Below are positions 1 through 7,638 of a stretch of DNA of 24,765 nucleotides, piece after piece. The notes beneath the pieces are model-generated. The model did not search any database. It saw nothing but the letters and a program-made list of their open reading frames with translations, and had not been told where the DNA came from. Each line of letters opens with the position of its first letter. Position 1 is the stretch's first letter. Position numbers and translations under genes: made by a program. The DNA is from Promethearchaeota archaeon (GTDB lineage: Archaea > Asgardarchaeota > Odinarchaeia > Odinarchaeales > JBHLKK01): positions 1-24,765 of the forward strand of contig JBHLPL010000017.1 in assembly GCA_048939465.1 (NCBI GenBank), written 5' to 3'.

Positions 1-178
1 CCGTTTTGTAGATTATAGTAGGTGCGTTCGGCTCAAAAGCCATCTTCTTATCCTTCAAGGATCCTTTACCGGTAAGGTAGAATCCTTCCAGGAGCCAGCC
101 ACTGCCTCCCTTTCTCCATTGCCATTTTTCACCTTTCCGTACAAGTGTGACTAGGCCTTCTTCCCCCGTGATCTCCAT
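1..178 (-). CDS. Hypothetical protein, N-terminal fragment running off the left edge (MEITGEEGLVTLVRKGEKWQWRKGGSGWLLEGFYLTGKG...)
   Basis: Manual translation: open frame from ATG at 178 to the window edge with no stop, GGAG upstream, protein-like composition. Not in the ORF track because it is truncated. Confidence 0.55.
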   Translation of the reverse strand, partial: MEITGEEGLVTLVRKGEKWQWRKGGSGWLLEGFYLTGKGSLKDKKMAFEPNAPTIIYKT

Positions 179-357
179 TTCTTCTTTCTCCGAAGGAATT
201 TCATGATGAAATCAGAGGACTTTTTGGAGTCATTATTATTCCTGTTCTCTAATATAATTCCTTTGGAGGCTCAGCTTAGAATACCGATTAGGGAATCGAA
301 TGAAGAGGTATTCACCGCAAAACGCTGAAAGACAGGAGTGTTTATGCCGAAAGAATC

Positions 358-1116
358 CTATTCTTCACTCTTGAAAGATGATAGAAACATAGCCTCCTGG
401 GCCAAAAGTCCCAGCAAAATGAGCGCTTCTCTACCCTGTTCACTCAAAGCGTAGTTGCTACCGATCTTAAGAATAAGTCCTTCTTTCATTAGGGCATTGA
501 TGTGATGGTATAACGAGCCTCCCTTCTTGCGAATGATTCTTCGGATTTCTTTGACAGATCTATCTCTTTCTCCCAAATGCACCAGCATCTTCAGTCTCTC
601 GATACTAGACATTGTCTGAATGAAATTCGACAGTTTACTGAATGTGTCATCAGCATAGCCTCTGGCATTCCCATGAGTCAGCGTACTATCATTGTAATCG
701 TAGGATTGGCTATGAGCAATTAATGGCTGATTACGTTTGTATTCTGTAGCTACCAGAAATATGAGACCCGATTTTGTGGTCCTTGATGCACTTATAGCCT
801 CAACCATCATCTTCTCTAAGGCGCGGGTCTTTGCAATATCCGGATCCACTCGGAATACAGATACATCAGGTTGTTGAGTCTGCAAAAGCATGTCACCAAT
901 TTTATCGAGCTGAAGTTTTATACCTTTAACATCAAGAGAAACACCCTCGAGTTCAGCAATCTTGTTTCTCAGTTTGGATATCTCATGCTTCACAGCCTCC
1001 ATAGAAACCACTTCTGTAATGTTAGTACAATCGCCTGTATTGTTCATCCAAATATCTGTACTTTCAGTCCTAAAAAGTTTGCGTTTTGAGCTTGGTTTAC
1101 AGTTTTCTGTATTCAT
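358..1116 (-). CDS. ArsR-like winged helix-turn-helix transcriptional regulator with N-terminal coiled coil and middle domain
   Basis: C-terminal IERLKMLVHLGERDRSVKEIRRIIRKKGGSLYHHINALMKEGLILK fits an ArsR-type wHTH; heptad-like EISKLRNKIAELEG segment. The ORF is open to 1209; ATG 1116 chosen as the more plausible start (uncertain). Confidence 0.75.
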   Translation of the reverse strand: MNTENCKPSSKRKLFRTESTDIWMNNTGDCTNITEVVSMEAVKHEISKLRNKIAELEGVSLDVKGIKLQLDKIGDMLLQTQQPDVSVFRVDPDIAKTRALEKMMVEAISASRTTKSGLIFLVATEYKRNQPLIAHSQSYDYNDSTLTHGNARGYADDTFSKLSNFIQTMSSIERLKMLVHLGERDRSVKEIRRIIRKKGGSLYHHINALMKEGLILKIGSNYALSEQGREALILLGLLAQEAMFLSSFKSEE

Positions 1117-1424
1117 TGTAGAGAAAAGGCCGACAAAAATAATATCTGGACAATTGGCAATACGAATTAGAAAGACCGCCCTGACCACAATAGTGAGTGC
1201 CCTTCGCACAGCAGAATTTAGTGTTGTTAATTTGGCGAATTTGCAGGAAAAACATGGCTGACCTAAAACACTTATATTTGATCATTACCTTATTAGAGTG
1301 CCGGAAATTTTTTGAGAAGCTAAAGGGTAGAGACTCTGAGGTTACGAATGATCTGAATCCTAATAGGACGCACGTGCTCGCGAAGATTCCTGAAATGCAT
1401 AGAGTTCCATGAAGGTGAAAGCAT

Positions 1425-1937
1425 TTGAGGAAACAGAACAGATTATCTGTCGCTCTAAATGAGATCAAAGAGCGATATAACGATCTAATTGACATACATC
1501 GAACGAGACTTGAAGAACTCCTCACCGTGCTGGAAAAACTAAGGACTTCTGAGCCTGAGAAACAAGCAGAGATAGTCAATTCATTGGTGGAGAAGATATT
1601 TTCTTTCAGTGAATTTCTAGACCAGTTGGAGATTTGGGCGTATGACGTCGGAAGTCTGGAAATTGCAGGAAATACCATTGACAAATCGGTATCTTCATTT
1701 TCCTCACAAGTGAAGGAAGAGGTTGAAATTCTTGAAGAAGTGAAGGCTTCCAGTCGAGACTTGGTAAAGACTAAAGGATTGGACACGAAATTGACCAGAA
1801 GTGTAAGAAATGCATTCATCAAGAGTACCTCAAGACTAAAAGAAGTCTCCTCCAAGGTCAAAGAATACGGAGAACAGCTGTTTGATCTAATCTCGAAAAG
1901 GAAAGGACTGATAGACTCGTCAATAGATCGACTCTAG
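1425..1937 (+). CDS. Hypothetical all-helical/coiled-coil protein (170 aa)
   Basis: TTG start preceded by AGGTGA SD; amphipathic E/K/L-rich sequence; followed by a T-rich terminator-like tract. Confidence 0.7.
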   Translation: MRKQNRLSVALNEIKERYNDLIDIHRTRLEELLTVLEKLRTSEPEKQAEIVNSLVEKIFSFSEFLDQLEIWAYDVGSLEIAGNTIDKSVSSFSSQVKEEVEILEEVKASSRDLVKTKGLDTKLTRSVRNAFIKSTSRLKEVSSKVKEYGEQLFDLISKRKGLIDSSIDRL

Positions 1938-1942
1938 AATCC

Positions 1943-1956
1943 TCTTTTCTTTTTTT
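1943..1956 (+). terminator. Oligo-T tract, probable archaeal intrinsic terminator
   Basis: TCTTTTCTTTTTTT immediately after the stop of 1425..1937. Confidence 0.55.
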
Positions 1957-1998
1957 GACCGCAAAAGAAGACTAGAGGCTCCCGGAAATGAATTCTTA

Positions 1999-2047
1999 GT
2001 GAACTGCTCCACCCTTTCGGATGGAATCTTCTTGGGGAGAAGAAGAT
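1999..2047 (-). repeat. Hairpin repeat copy A (IS200/IS605 right-end-like)
   Basis: Minus strand AUCUUCUUCUCCCCAAGAAGAUUCCAUCC-GAAA-GGGUGGAGCAGUUCAC; 7-bp stem with GAAA loop; 42/49 identical to copy E (17237-17285). Confidence 0.8.
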
Positions 2048-2083
2048 AAATATCGGTGGAATACTCATCTATACGGTGGTTGT

Positions 2084-2114
2084 GTAAACTACTCCTCCCT
2101 TACAGAAGGAGCTT
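2084..2114 (-). repeat. Hairpin repeat copy B
   Basis: Minus strand AAGCUCCUUCU-GUAA-GGGAGGAGUAGUUUAC; 8-bp stem with GNRA loop; 21/28 identical to copy A, with a compensatory A-U to U-A change. Confidence 0.75.
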
Positions 2115-2124
2115 ATGGCTATGC

Positions 2125-2156
2125 TTGACCTCAATTCCCTTTCAGGCTTTGGATTC
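2125..2156 (-). repeat. Possible degenerate repeat copy C
   Basis: Minus strand GAAUCCAAAGCCU-GAAA-GGGAAUUGAGGUCAA; only the CCU-GAAA-GGG core and an imperfect stem are kept. Confidence 0.3.
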
Positions 2157-2336
2157 ATCACATGTCAAATCAGGAGGTGGTTTACAGCGCCTCGGCTCGG
2201 TAGTCCACATATAACGTCGGGCTATATACTTCGTCCTTTCAATTCTCCGCGCAGGTCATTAACTGTTTCCACATCAGAGAGAGGTGTGCCTTCAGACTTA
2301 TTTACATGTCCGGCCCAGAAGTGTTTAAGGACCTCT

Positions 2337-2387
2337 CAATTTCTCTCCGCCCTTTCGTGCGGAGTCTCCTTGAGGTGGTTTAGATGA
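2337..2387 (-). repeat. Hairpin repeat copy D, overlapping the SD and start codon of the NDP-sugar gene
   Basis: Minus strand CUCCGCAC-GAAA-GGGCGGAG hairpin; 2361-2387 is 24/27 identical to 14147-14173 (copy F). Confidence 0.7.
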
Positions 2388-3550
2388 AGGCGATCATTCC
2401 TGCGGGTGGATACGGGACCAGGCTAAGACCCCTAACCTATTCAAAGCCTAAAGTCTTACTACCGTTGGCTGGAAAACCAATGCTGTGGTATGTAATAGAG
2501 TATTTGCTAAACTACGGTATTAGGGAGCAGATCATTTCAGCCAATGCTGAATTTAGGGAAATCGAGGAGTACTTTGGCGATGGTTCAGAATTTAAGGCAA
2601 AGCTCAGCTATATATGGGAAAAACAAAGGCTTGGAGGAGTAGGCTGTATCAAGAACGCTTCAAAAGGACTACATGATGCGTTTCTGGTCATGCTCCCGGA
2701 TAACCTAACCGATGTTAACATATCAAACATGATTAAGTTCCATAGAGAAAAACGGTCGGACGCGACCGTTACTCTTGTCCATTCTAAAACACCTTGGTTG
2801 TACGGAGTACCGGAAATAGGAGAAGATGGTAGAATAAGGAATTTCATCGAAAAACCAGACGAAGTTGACCCTACTCATATAGCAACAGGAATCTACATAT
2901 TCGAACCTCATGTCATGGACGATATTGACGATAACAGATTTATGGACCACACAGGTGAAATATTTCCGATAATGCTTCAAGCAAGAAGAAACGTATTTGG
3001 TTTCAGAACAAACGCTTTCTGGGTAGACATTGGAAATCCCACGAAATATCTAATGGCAAACAAATGGGTATTAAGCAAACTCAAGAGCAAAGTCTTCCCG
3101 GCTGCCAATGCTCGGGACGCAATCATAAGAGGAAGGGTTGACATAGGTGCTAACACGGTTATTGAGTCAGGAGCGAGAATTAATGGACCTGCTTATATCG
3201 GTGACAGTTGCCATATCAAGAGAGACTCAATAATTGGTCCGAATACATCGATAAGCTCCAATGTTAGAATCGGGGAACACGTTCAGATTAGAGGCAGTCT
3301 GGTTTATGAATGGTCAGATATTGGAAATAAGACGAAAATGCGGGATTCGATCGTTGCAGAAAAAGTGTCAATCGGACGGGACGCAAGGATAAGCGATAGC
3401 ATTGTTGGCTCTGAATGCGTCATTGGACGTTCTTCAACGATTCGGTCAAATTCAAGGATCTGGCCCAAAATCCGCGTTGAGCCAAAATCAACGATAAAAG
3501 GAATTCTGAGACACACGTATCTGCCCATCAAATCTGATTTGCATCAATAA
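2384..3550 (+). CDS. NDP-sugar synthase / sugar-phosphate nucleotidyltransferase (mannose-1-phosphate guanylyltransferase-like, GCD1 family) with left-handed beta-helix tail
   Basis: MKAIIPAGGYGTRLRPLT..KPK signature, FIEKP, FWVDIG, C-terminal hexapeptide repeats; GAGGTG SD. Confidence 0.92.
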   Translation: MKAIIPAGGYGTRLRPLTYSKPKVLLPLAGKPMLWYVIEYLLNYGIREQIISANAEFREIEEYFGDGSEFKAKLSYIWEKQRLGGVGCIKNASKGLHDAFLVMLPDNLTDVNISNMIKFHREKRSDATVTLVHSKTPWLYGVPEIGEDGRIRNFIEKPDEVDPTHIATGIYIFEPHVMDDIDDNRFMDHTGEIFPIMLQARRNVFGFRTNAFWVDIGNPTKYLMANKWVLSKLKSKVFPAANARDAIIRGRVDIGANTVIESGARINGPAYIGDSCHIKRDSIIGPNTSISSNVRIGEHVQIRGSLVYEWSDIGNKTKMRDSIVAEKVSIGRDARISDSIVGSECVIGRSSTIRSNSRIWPKIRVEPKSTIKGILRHTYLPIKSDLHQ

Positions 3551-3553
3551 CAT

Positions 3554-4123
3554 TCAGGGCAGTAGAATAATCCGTGTCAAAAATACCAATAGTAACGTTC
3601 CGATTGCGTCGCCCAAAGTTGTAATAATGGGAGGGGTGAAGTTATCTGGATCCAGCTTTTTTCGAATAACGATGTTTGCAACAAACAAACCGACACAGCA
3701 CATTAGAATGGTCGTAAAAATCCCAGAAACGAGTATTATGGTAAACAGGGCAAATAGGCTTACGTCAATTCCAAAGAAAGCAGCGTTTATTCCGAAAGTA
3801 ATCAAGGATAGCAATACGAACCCCGTCAAGGCCACCAGAGACAGCCCAATAAGATCTGAGAACAGAATGCCGTATGGGCGGTATTTTCGGTCTAGTTCAC
3901 CGAGGAGTATGCGTGATGTTAATCTGGCAGCGAAGACGCTGGCAAATCCCCCTACCATATTGATGAAGGCGGGGATCATTATGAAGAAGAAGGGAAACTG
4001 TGTGACGTATATATCAAGAGCTGTTCCAAGATTGCGTCCCGTAAAGAGTGAGAATCCTAGTATGCTCAGTAGTATGGGTAGACTCTCCCTTACAATCCTC
4101 GACATCTTATACATCTGAGCCAT
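3554..4123 (-). CDS. MgtE integral-membrane-domain protein (half transporter, downstream partner)
   Basis: IPAFINMVGG..SVFAARLTS and LDPDNFTPPIITTLGD motifs of the MgtE membrane domain; 5 hydrophobic segments. Confidence 0.85.
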   Translation of the reverse strand: MAQMYKMSRIVRESLPILLSILGFSLFTGRNLGTALDIYVTQFPFFFIMIPAFINMVGGFASVFAARLTSRILLGELDRKYRPYGILFSDLIGLSLVALTGFVLLSLITFGINAAFFGIDVSLFALFTIILVSGIFTTILMCCVGLFVANIVIRKKLDPDNFTPPIITTLGDAIGTLLLVFLTRIILLP

Positions 4124-4135
4124 ACCTAAATCCTC

Positions 4136-4723
4136 CTATATTGGCAAGAATGTTCCTACGAACATTACTAAACGAACCACGATTAGTAAATAGAATACCG
4201 TTAAAACATCCCCTAACGTTGCAAGGATGGGGATGGTTATGTTATCTGGATCTAACCCTCGATATGCAGAATACAGTGCAACGAAAACTGTTATTGCAAT
4301 CTGAGTTACTCCAGATAGAAATGCAGTCAAAAGGGCTATTAGTATGAACCCAAGAATACCCAAGCCTGACAGCCCAAGGAGTGAACAAACAAAAAATGCG
4401 AGACAAGCCAAAACGAATGCTACAATCAATCCAAGAAAGAGAGATGACTTAACATTTTCTTTCAGCTCATCGTTGAACCCTAAGTTCCAGCCAATCACAC
4501 CCAAGTGTATGGCTGATCCTAAACGTTGTCCCAGAGAGGCAGAAATGTTCCCTCTAGCTTCCATCAGTCCAGGCAAGAGCAAAATCAGACCAGGTAAAAT
4601 CGCATAAAAATCAGAAAGCCCTGTGAGGAGAGCGCCTGCCCCGACCTCTGCCAGCGCAGTGAGGATTACAAAGGGTGCTACTTCTCGATATATCTTCTTT
4701 ATTACAGAATAGTCTACACCCAT
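4136..4723 (-). CDS. MgtE integral-membrane-domain protein (half transporter, upstream partner)
   Basis: LPGLMEARGNISASLGQRLGSAIHLG and GLDPDNITIPILATLGD motifs; tandem with a paralog 13 nt away, as in split archaeal MgtE-type systems. Confidence 0.87.
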   Translation of the reverse strand: MGVDYSVIKKIYREVAPFVILTALAEVGAGALLTGLSDFYAILPGLILLLPGLMEARGNISASLGQRLGSAIHLGVIGWNLGFNDELKENVKSSLFLGLIVAFVLACLAFFVCSLLGLSGLGILGFILIALLTAFLSGVTQIAITVFVALYSAYRGLDPDNITIPILATLGDVLTVFYLLIVVRLVMFVGTFLPI

Positions 4724-4825
4724 TGAACCACACCCTATCCGAGTTTGTGTCCAGATACGACATAATAGGTCGGGGACCTCCCTTTCGGAAGCTCAGCTTC
4801 CAGCTACTTCTTTGGGCAGCACTCT
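4724..4825 (-). promoter_or_regulatory. Structured 5' leader (riboswitch-like candidate) of the MgtE pair
   Basis: Four hairpins in ~70 nt: 4787-4801, 4778-4791 (GAAA loop, mutually exclusive with the first), 4758-4772 and 4736-4757 next to the SD. Confidence 0.4.
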
Positions 4826-4847
4826 AGTGATTCTAATAAACGAACCA

Positions 4848-4863
4848 TTATTTAATATTTTCG
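4848..4863 (-). promoter_or_regulatory. BRE plus TATA box for the MgtE pair
   Basis: Minus strand CGAAAA-TA-TTAAATAA; predicts a TSS near 4825, giving a ~100-nt 5' leader. Confidence 0.55.
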
Positions 4864-4933
4864 TATACCCGAAACTTTCTTATTGGCATCTCCCAATATT
4901 GAAAGCGGATACTTAGTAAGCTCTTAGATATTC

Positions 4934-5719
4934 TCAATGGCTTTTAAGAGTTTCTCTGACTACTTTTCGTGCAAAGGTAATATACGCAGTGTGTCCAATT
5001 ATCAGAGTTGCGGGGCGGGTCATATTCTCCCTTACCAATATGGGACGGACTAGGCATTCAACAGTTGTTATTAGGCCGAATTCGTTCCTCATAGCATACA
5101 CAGTCTTCTGCGTCTGTTCGATTGTTGGAGAGTAACTTACGAGAACTCCTCCCGCCTTCAAAGCTTCATAAGCGTGGGGGATCGCGATCCAAGGTGTAGC
5201 CAGATCCAGAATTACCGCGTCGATATCTCGCTCGTCGATTCCTTGGGTTACGTCTTTATTTTTGAGTTCTATGTAGTCGACCAAACCAGCTTTCTTTATA
5301 TTCTTCTCAGCGATCTTAATGTGATTCTCCTTTATCTCATAGCTGTAGACCCTTCCTGAAGGTCTGACAATATTGGCAAGCATGATTGCAAGCGCCCCGC
5401 TGCCCGTTCCTGCTTCAAGTACTTGACTCCCTGCCCCAATTCCGGCGTATGTAATTATTATGGCTGCATCTTTCGGATAGATAATTTGTGTTTTTCGATT
5501 AACCTTGAGAGCGAAGTCTTTCATGAGCGGATAAAAGACCATAAACTCGGTGCCCGTATTGCTCTTGACACAACGTCCATACCCACTTCCAATTATATCA
5601 TTGAAATCCACTATCCCCTTGTGTGTGTGAAGTTTCTTGTCTTTTTCAGCTTTTACTAACCATTGTCTCTTAGTGTCTAGAGCTATCAGTACGGGATCGC
5701 CCTCTCTTATCACCGTCAT
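4934..5719 (-). CDS. trmI: tRNA (adenine-N1)-methyltransferase (m1A57/58), TrmI/Trm61
   Basis: RKTQIIYPKDAA, VLEAGTGSGAL SAM motif, YSYE, DAVILDLATPW, SYSPTIEQ, GHTAY. Confidence 0.95.
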   Translation of the reverse strand: MTVIREGDPVLIALDTKRQWLVKAEKDKKLHTHKGIVDFNDIIGSGYGRCVKSNTGTEFMVFYPLMKDFALKVNRKTQIIYPKDAAIIITYAGIGAGSQVLEAGTGSGALAIMLANIVRPSGRVYSYEIKENHIKIAEKNIKKAGLVDYIELKNKDVTQGIDERDIDAVILDLATPWIAIPHAYEALKAGGVLVSYSPTIEQTQKTVYAMRNEFGLITTVECLVRPILVRENMTRPATLIIGHTAYITFARKVVRETLKSH

Positions 5720-5780
5720 CTTATCACCACGTTGTCTTTCTCAAGTGGATTGTAGTCCCAAAATAACAGAGACTGCCATA

Positions 5781-5790
5781 GTTTATAAAC
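5781..5790. promoter_or_regulatory. Palindromic TATA box likely shared by divergent trmI and the radical SAM gene
   Basis: GTTTATAAAC is a perfect palindrome, roughly central in the divergent intergenic region. Confidence 0.5.
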
Positions 5791-5853
5791 TTCCATGCAT
5801 CCTAGAAAAGACGAATCAGTTTTTCTCAAGTGAGTGTTCCAAGAGTGAAAAAT

Positions 5854-6882
5854 ATGAAAGATGATGCTTTTGTCAAACAGGCTAGGCTTTATGAAGCCCT
5901 AGCTAACAATGCGGTTAGATGTATGACTTGTGAACATAGATGCAGGATATCTGATGGAGATCTCGGATTCTGTAAAACTCGAAAGAATATAGGTGGCGTC
6001 TTATACACTTTGGTCTACGGAAACATAAGCTCCCTAAGCTGTAACCCCATTGAAAAAAAACCACTATTCCACTTTTGGCCAGGAACTCTAGCATTGACTG
6101 TGGGAACGTGGAGCTGTAATTTTACTTGTCCTTGGTGTCAAAATGCCGCGATCAGCAAGAAATCCCCTCATGAAAGCGTGGGTAAGTTCTTGAGCCCAAA
6201 GGGCCTGGTCGAAATTATGATAAGAAGACATTGTAGAGGAACAAGTTATAGTCTTAATGAACCTACACTTCTTTTGGAACACGCGATTGAGACATTTCCT
6301 ATTGCTCAAAAAGCAGGGTATTACAACACCTATGTTACTAACGGCTATATGACATTGAAAGCGCTGGATCTTCTGATTGATGCAGGTCTCAACGCCATGA
6401 ATATCGACATTAAGGGATGCAAAAACAGTGTAAAGCGATATTGTGGCGCAGATGTTGAGTTCGTTTGGAGAAATGCAGCACACGCTATGAGTAGGGGTGT
6501 TCATACAGAGATAACTACCCTAATCATCCCTGGAGTTAATGACAGAGAGAAATGCCTCAGATCTATTGCTGGAAGAATTGGAAGCCAGTTGACAATAGAT
6601 ACCCCGTGGCATGTAACGCGGTATTTTCCGGCGTACAATTTCACGAAACAGCCGCCCTCAGTCCAAACATTGGAAAGGGCAAGAGAAATCGGTTATGAAG
6701 AGGGGTTGAAGTATGTTTACGTCGGAAATGTACCTAATCACCCAGCGGAAAATACCTACTGTCCCAGCTGCAAAAAAACCCTCATTGAGAGACATGCACT
6801 AGGTGTACTTAGATATAGAATCAAGGAGAAGGGCTATTGTCCAGAATGCGGCGAGAGGATTAATATCATAGGAAGCTATTGA
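5854..6882 (+). CDS. amrS: AmmeMemoRadiSam system radical SAM enzyme (PFL-activase-like)
   Basis: N-terminal C-x2-C..C, IEKKPLFHFWPG, CNFTCPWCQN (CxxxCxxC), NEPT, TNGY, NIDIKG, PWHVTRYFP, C-terminal CPSC/CPEC. ORF open from GTG 5830; ATG 5854 preferred. Confidence 0.9.
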   Translation: MKDDAFVKQARLYEALANNAVRCMTCEHRCRISDGDLGFCKTRKNIGGVLYTLVYGNISSLSCNPIEKKPLFHFWPGTLALTVGTWSCNFTCPWCQNAAISKKSPHESVGKFLSPKGLVEIMIRRHCRGTSYSLNEPTLLLEHAIETFPIAQKAGYYNTYVTNGYMTLKALDLLIDAGLNAMNIDIKGCKNSVKRYCGADVEFVWRNAAHAMSRGVHTEITTLIIPGVNDREKCLRSIAGRIGSQLTIDTPWHVTRYFPAYNFTKQPPSVQTLERAREIGYEEGLKYVYVGNVPNHPAENTYCPSCKKTLIERHALGVLRYRIKEKGYCPECGERINIIGSY

Positions 6883-6957
6883 CACTAGATATCAGAGCAG
6901 GAAGAATTGGTGAAGGGAATAGCAAACTAGTTGCTTGAGTTCATTGAGGGCTCAAAA

Positions 6958-7638
6958 ATGGAAGTCTTTTGGGATAGGCAAGTGAAGCTTCAGTTTCCTG
7001 AATTGAAAATAGCTTTTGGAACAGTCGAGAATATAGTAGTAAAGCCCAGTGGAAATATGCTCGATCACATTGAGAAAAAGATTCTCGAAGAAGCAAGAGC
7101 CAAATACACGCTTCAGAACCTGAAGGACGAGCCAATCATACGTATGTATCGAGACTTCTACTGGCTCTTAGATATTGACCCGACAAAAACAAGACCGGCT
7201 GGCGAGGCATTGATACGTCGGGTACTGAGAGGAAATAGAGTTCCGAGAATATTGAATGTTGTCGATGCATACAATCTGGTGTCCATCGAGACACGTCTAG
7301 CTTTCAGTGCTTATGACCTTGATAAGCTGAATCCTCCACTGACAGTCCGCTTTTCAAGAATCAATGAGACGTTTGTGGGCATGGGGAAGGAAATTCCTCA
7401 AAAGTTGACAGGTAAAGAGATTATTCTTACTGATCAAAGACAAATAAGGAGTCTTTATCCTCATAGGGATGCCAAGAATTCAAGGATTACTAGGCTGACA
7501 AGAAGTATTTTGCTTGTTGTTTACGGGGTGCCTGGCATTGAAGGAAAGGTCTTGGAGGAAGGACTGACAAAATCATGTGAGTTAATTACGGCAATCGCAG
7601 GAGGAACGGCAGGAGAGATCCAAGTAAGCTACCCCTAG
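6958..7638 (+). CDS. Stand-alone B3/B4 domain protein (PheRS-beta editing-like, tRNA-binding)
   Basis: YRDFYWLLDIDPTKTRPAGEALIRRV, NVVDAYNLVS, AYDLDKL, YPHRD. ORF open from TTG 6931. Confidence 0.88.
   Translation: MEVFWDRQVKLQFPELKIAFGTVENIVVKPSGNMLDHIEKKILEEARAKYTLQNLKDEPIIRMYRDFYWLLDIDPTKTRPAGEALIRRVLRGNRVPRILNVVDAYNLVSIETRLAFSAYDLDKLNPPLTVRFSRINETFVGMGKEIPQKLTGKEIILTDQRQIRSLYPHRDAKNSRITRLTRSILLVVYGVPGIEGKVLEEGLTKSCELITAIAGGTAGEIQVSYP

Noticed and set aside
1097-1861. 254-aa minus-strand ORF and the other antisense or nested ORFs in the track (e.g. 3627..4118, 6088..6504, 10417..10749, 17938..18321)
   Set aside because: Shadow ORFs opposite well-supported genes, with no motifs.
2115-2387. 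90-aa plus-strand ORF with an AAGGAG upstream
   Set aside because: Atypical composition (S/R/F/C-rich, no recognisable motif), and it overlays the minus-strand hairpin repeats that better explain the sequence.
1999-2387. Canonical CRISPR array
   Set aside because: Repeats are only 75-86% identical, irregularly spaced and few, and no cas genes are in the window. Reported instead as a right-end-like cluster.
5737-5832. 11-nt direct repeat TTTCTCAAGTG at 5737-5747 and 5822-5832
   Set aside because: Only two short copies, not symmetric about the TATA; chance cannot be excluded.
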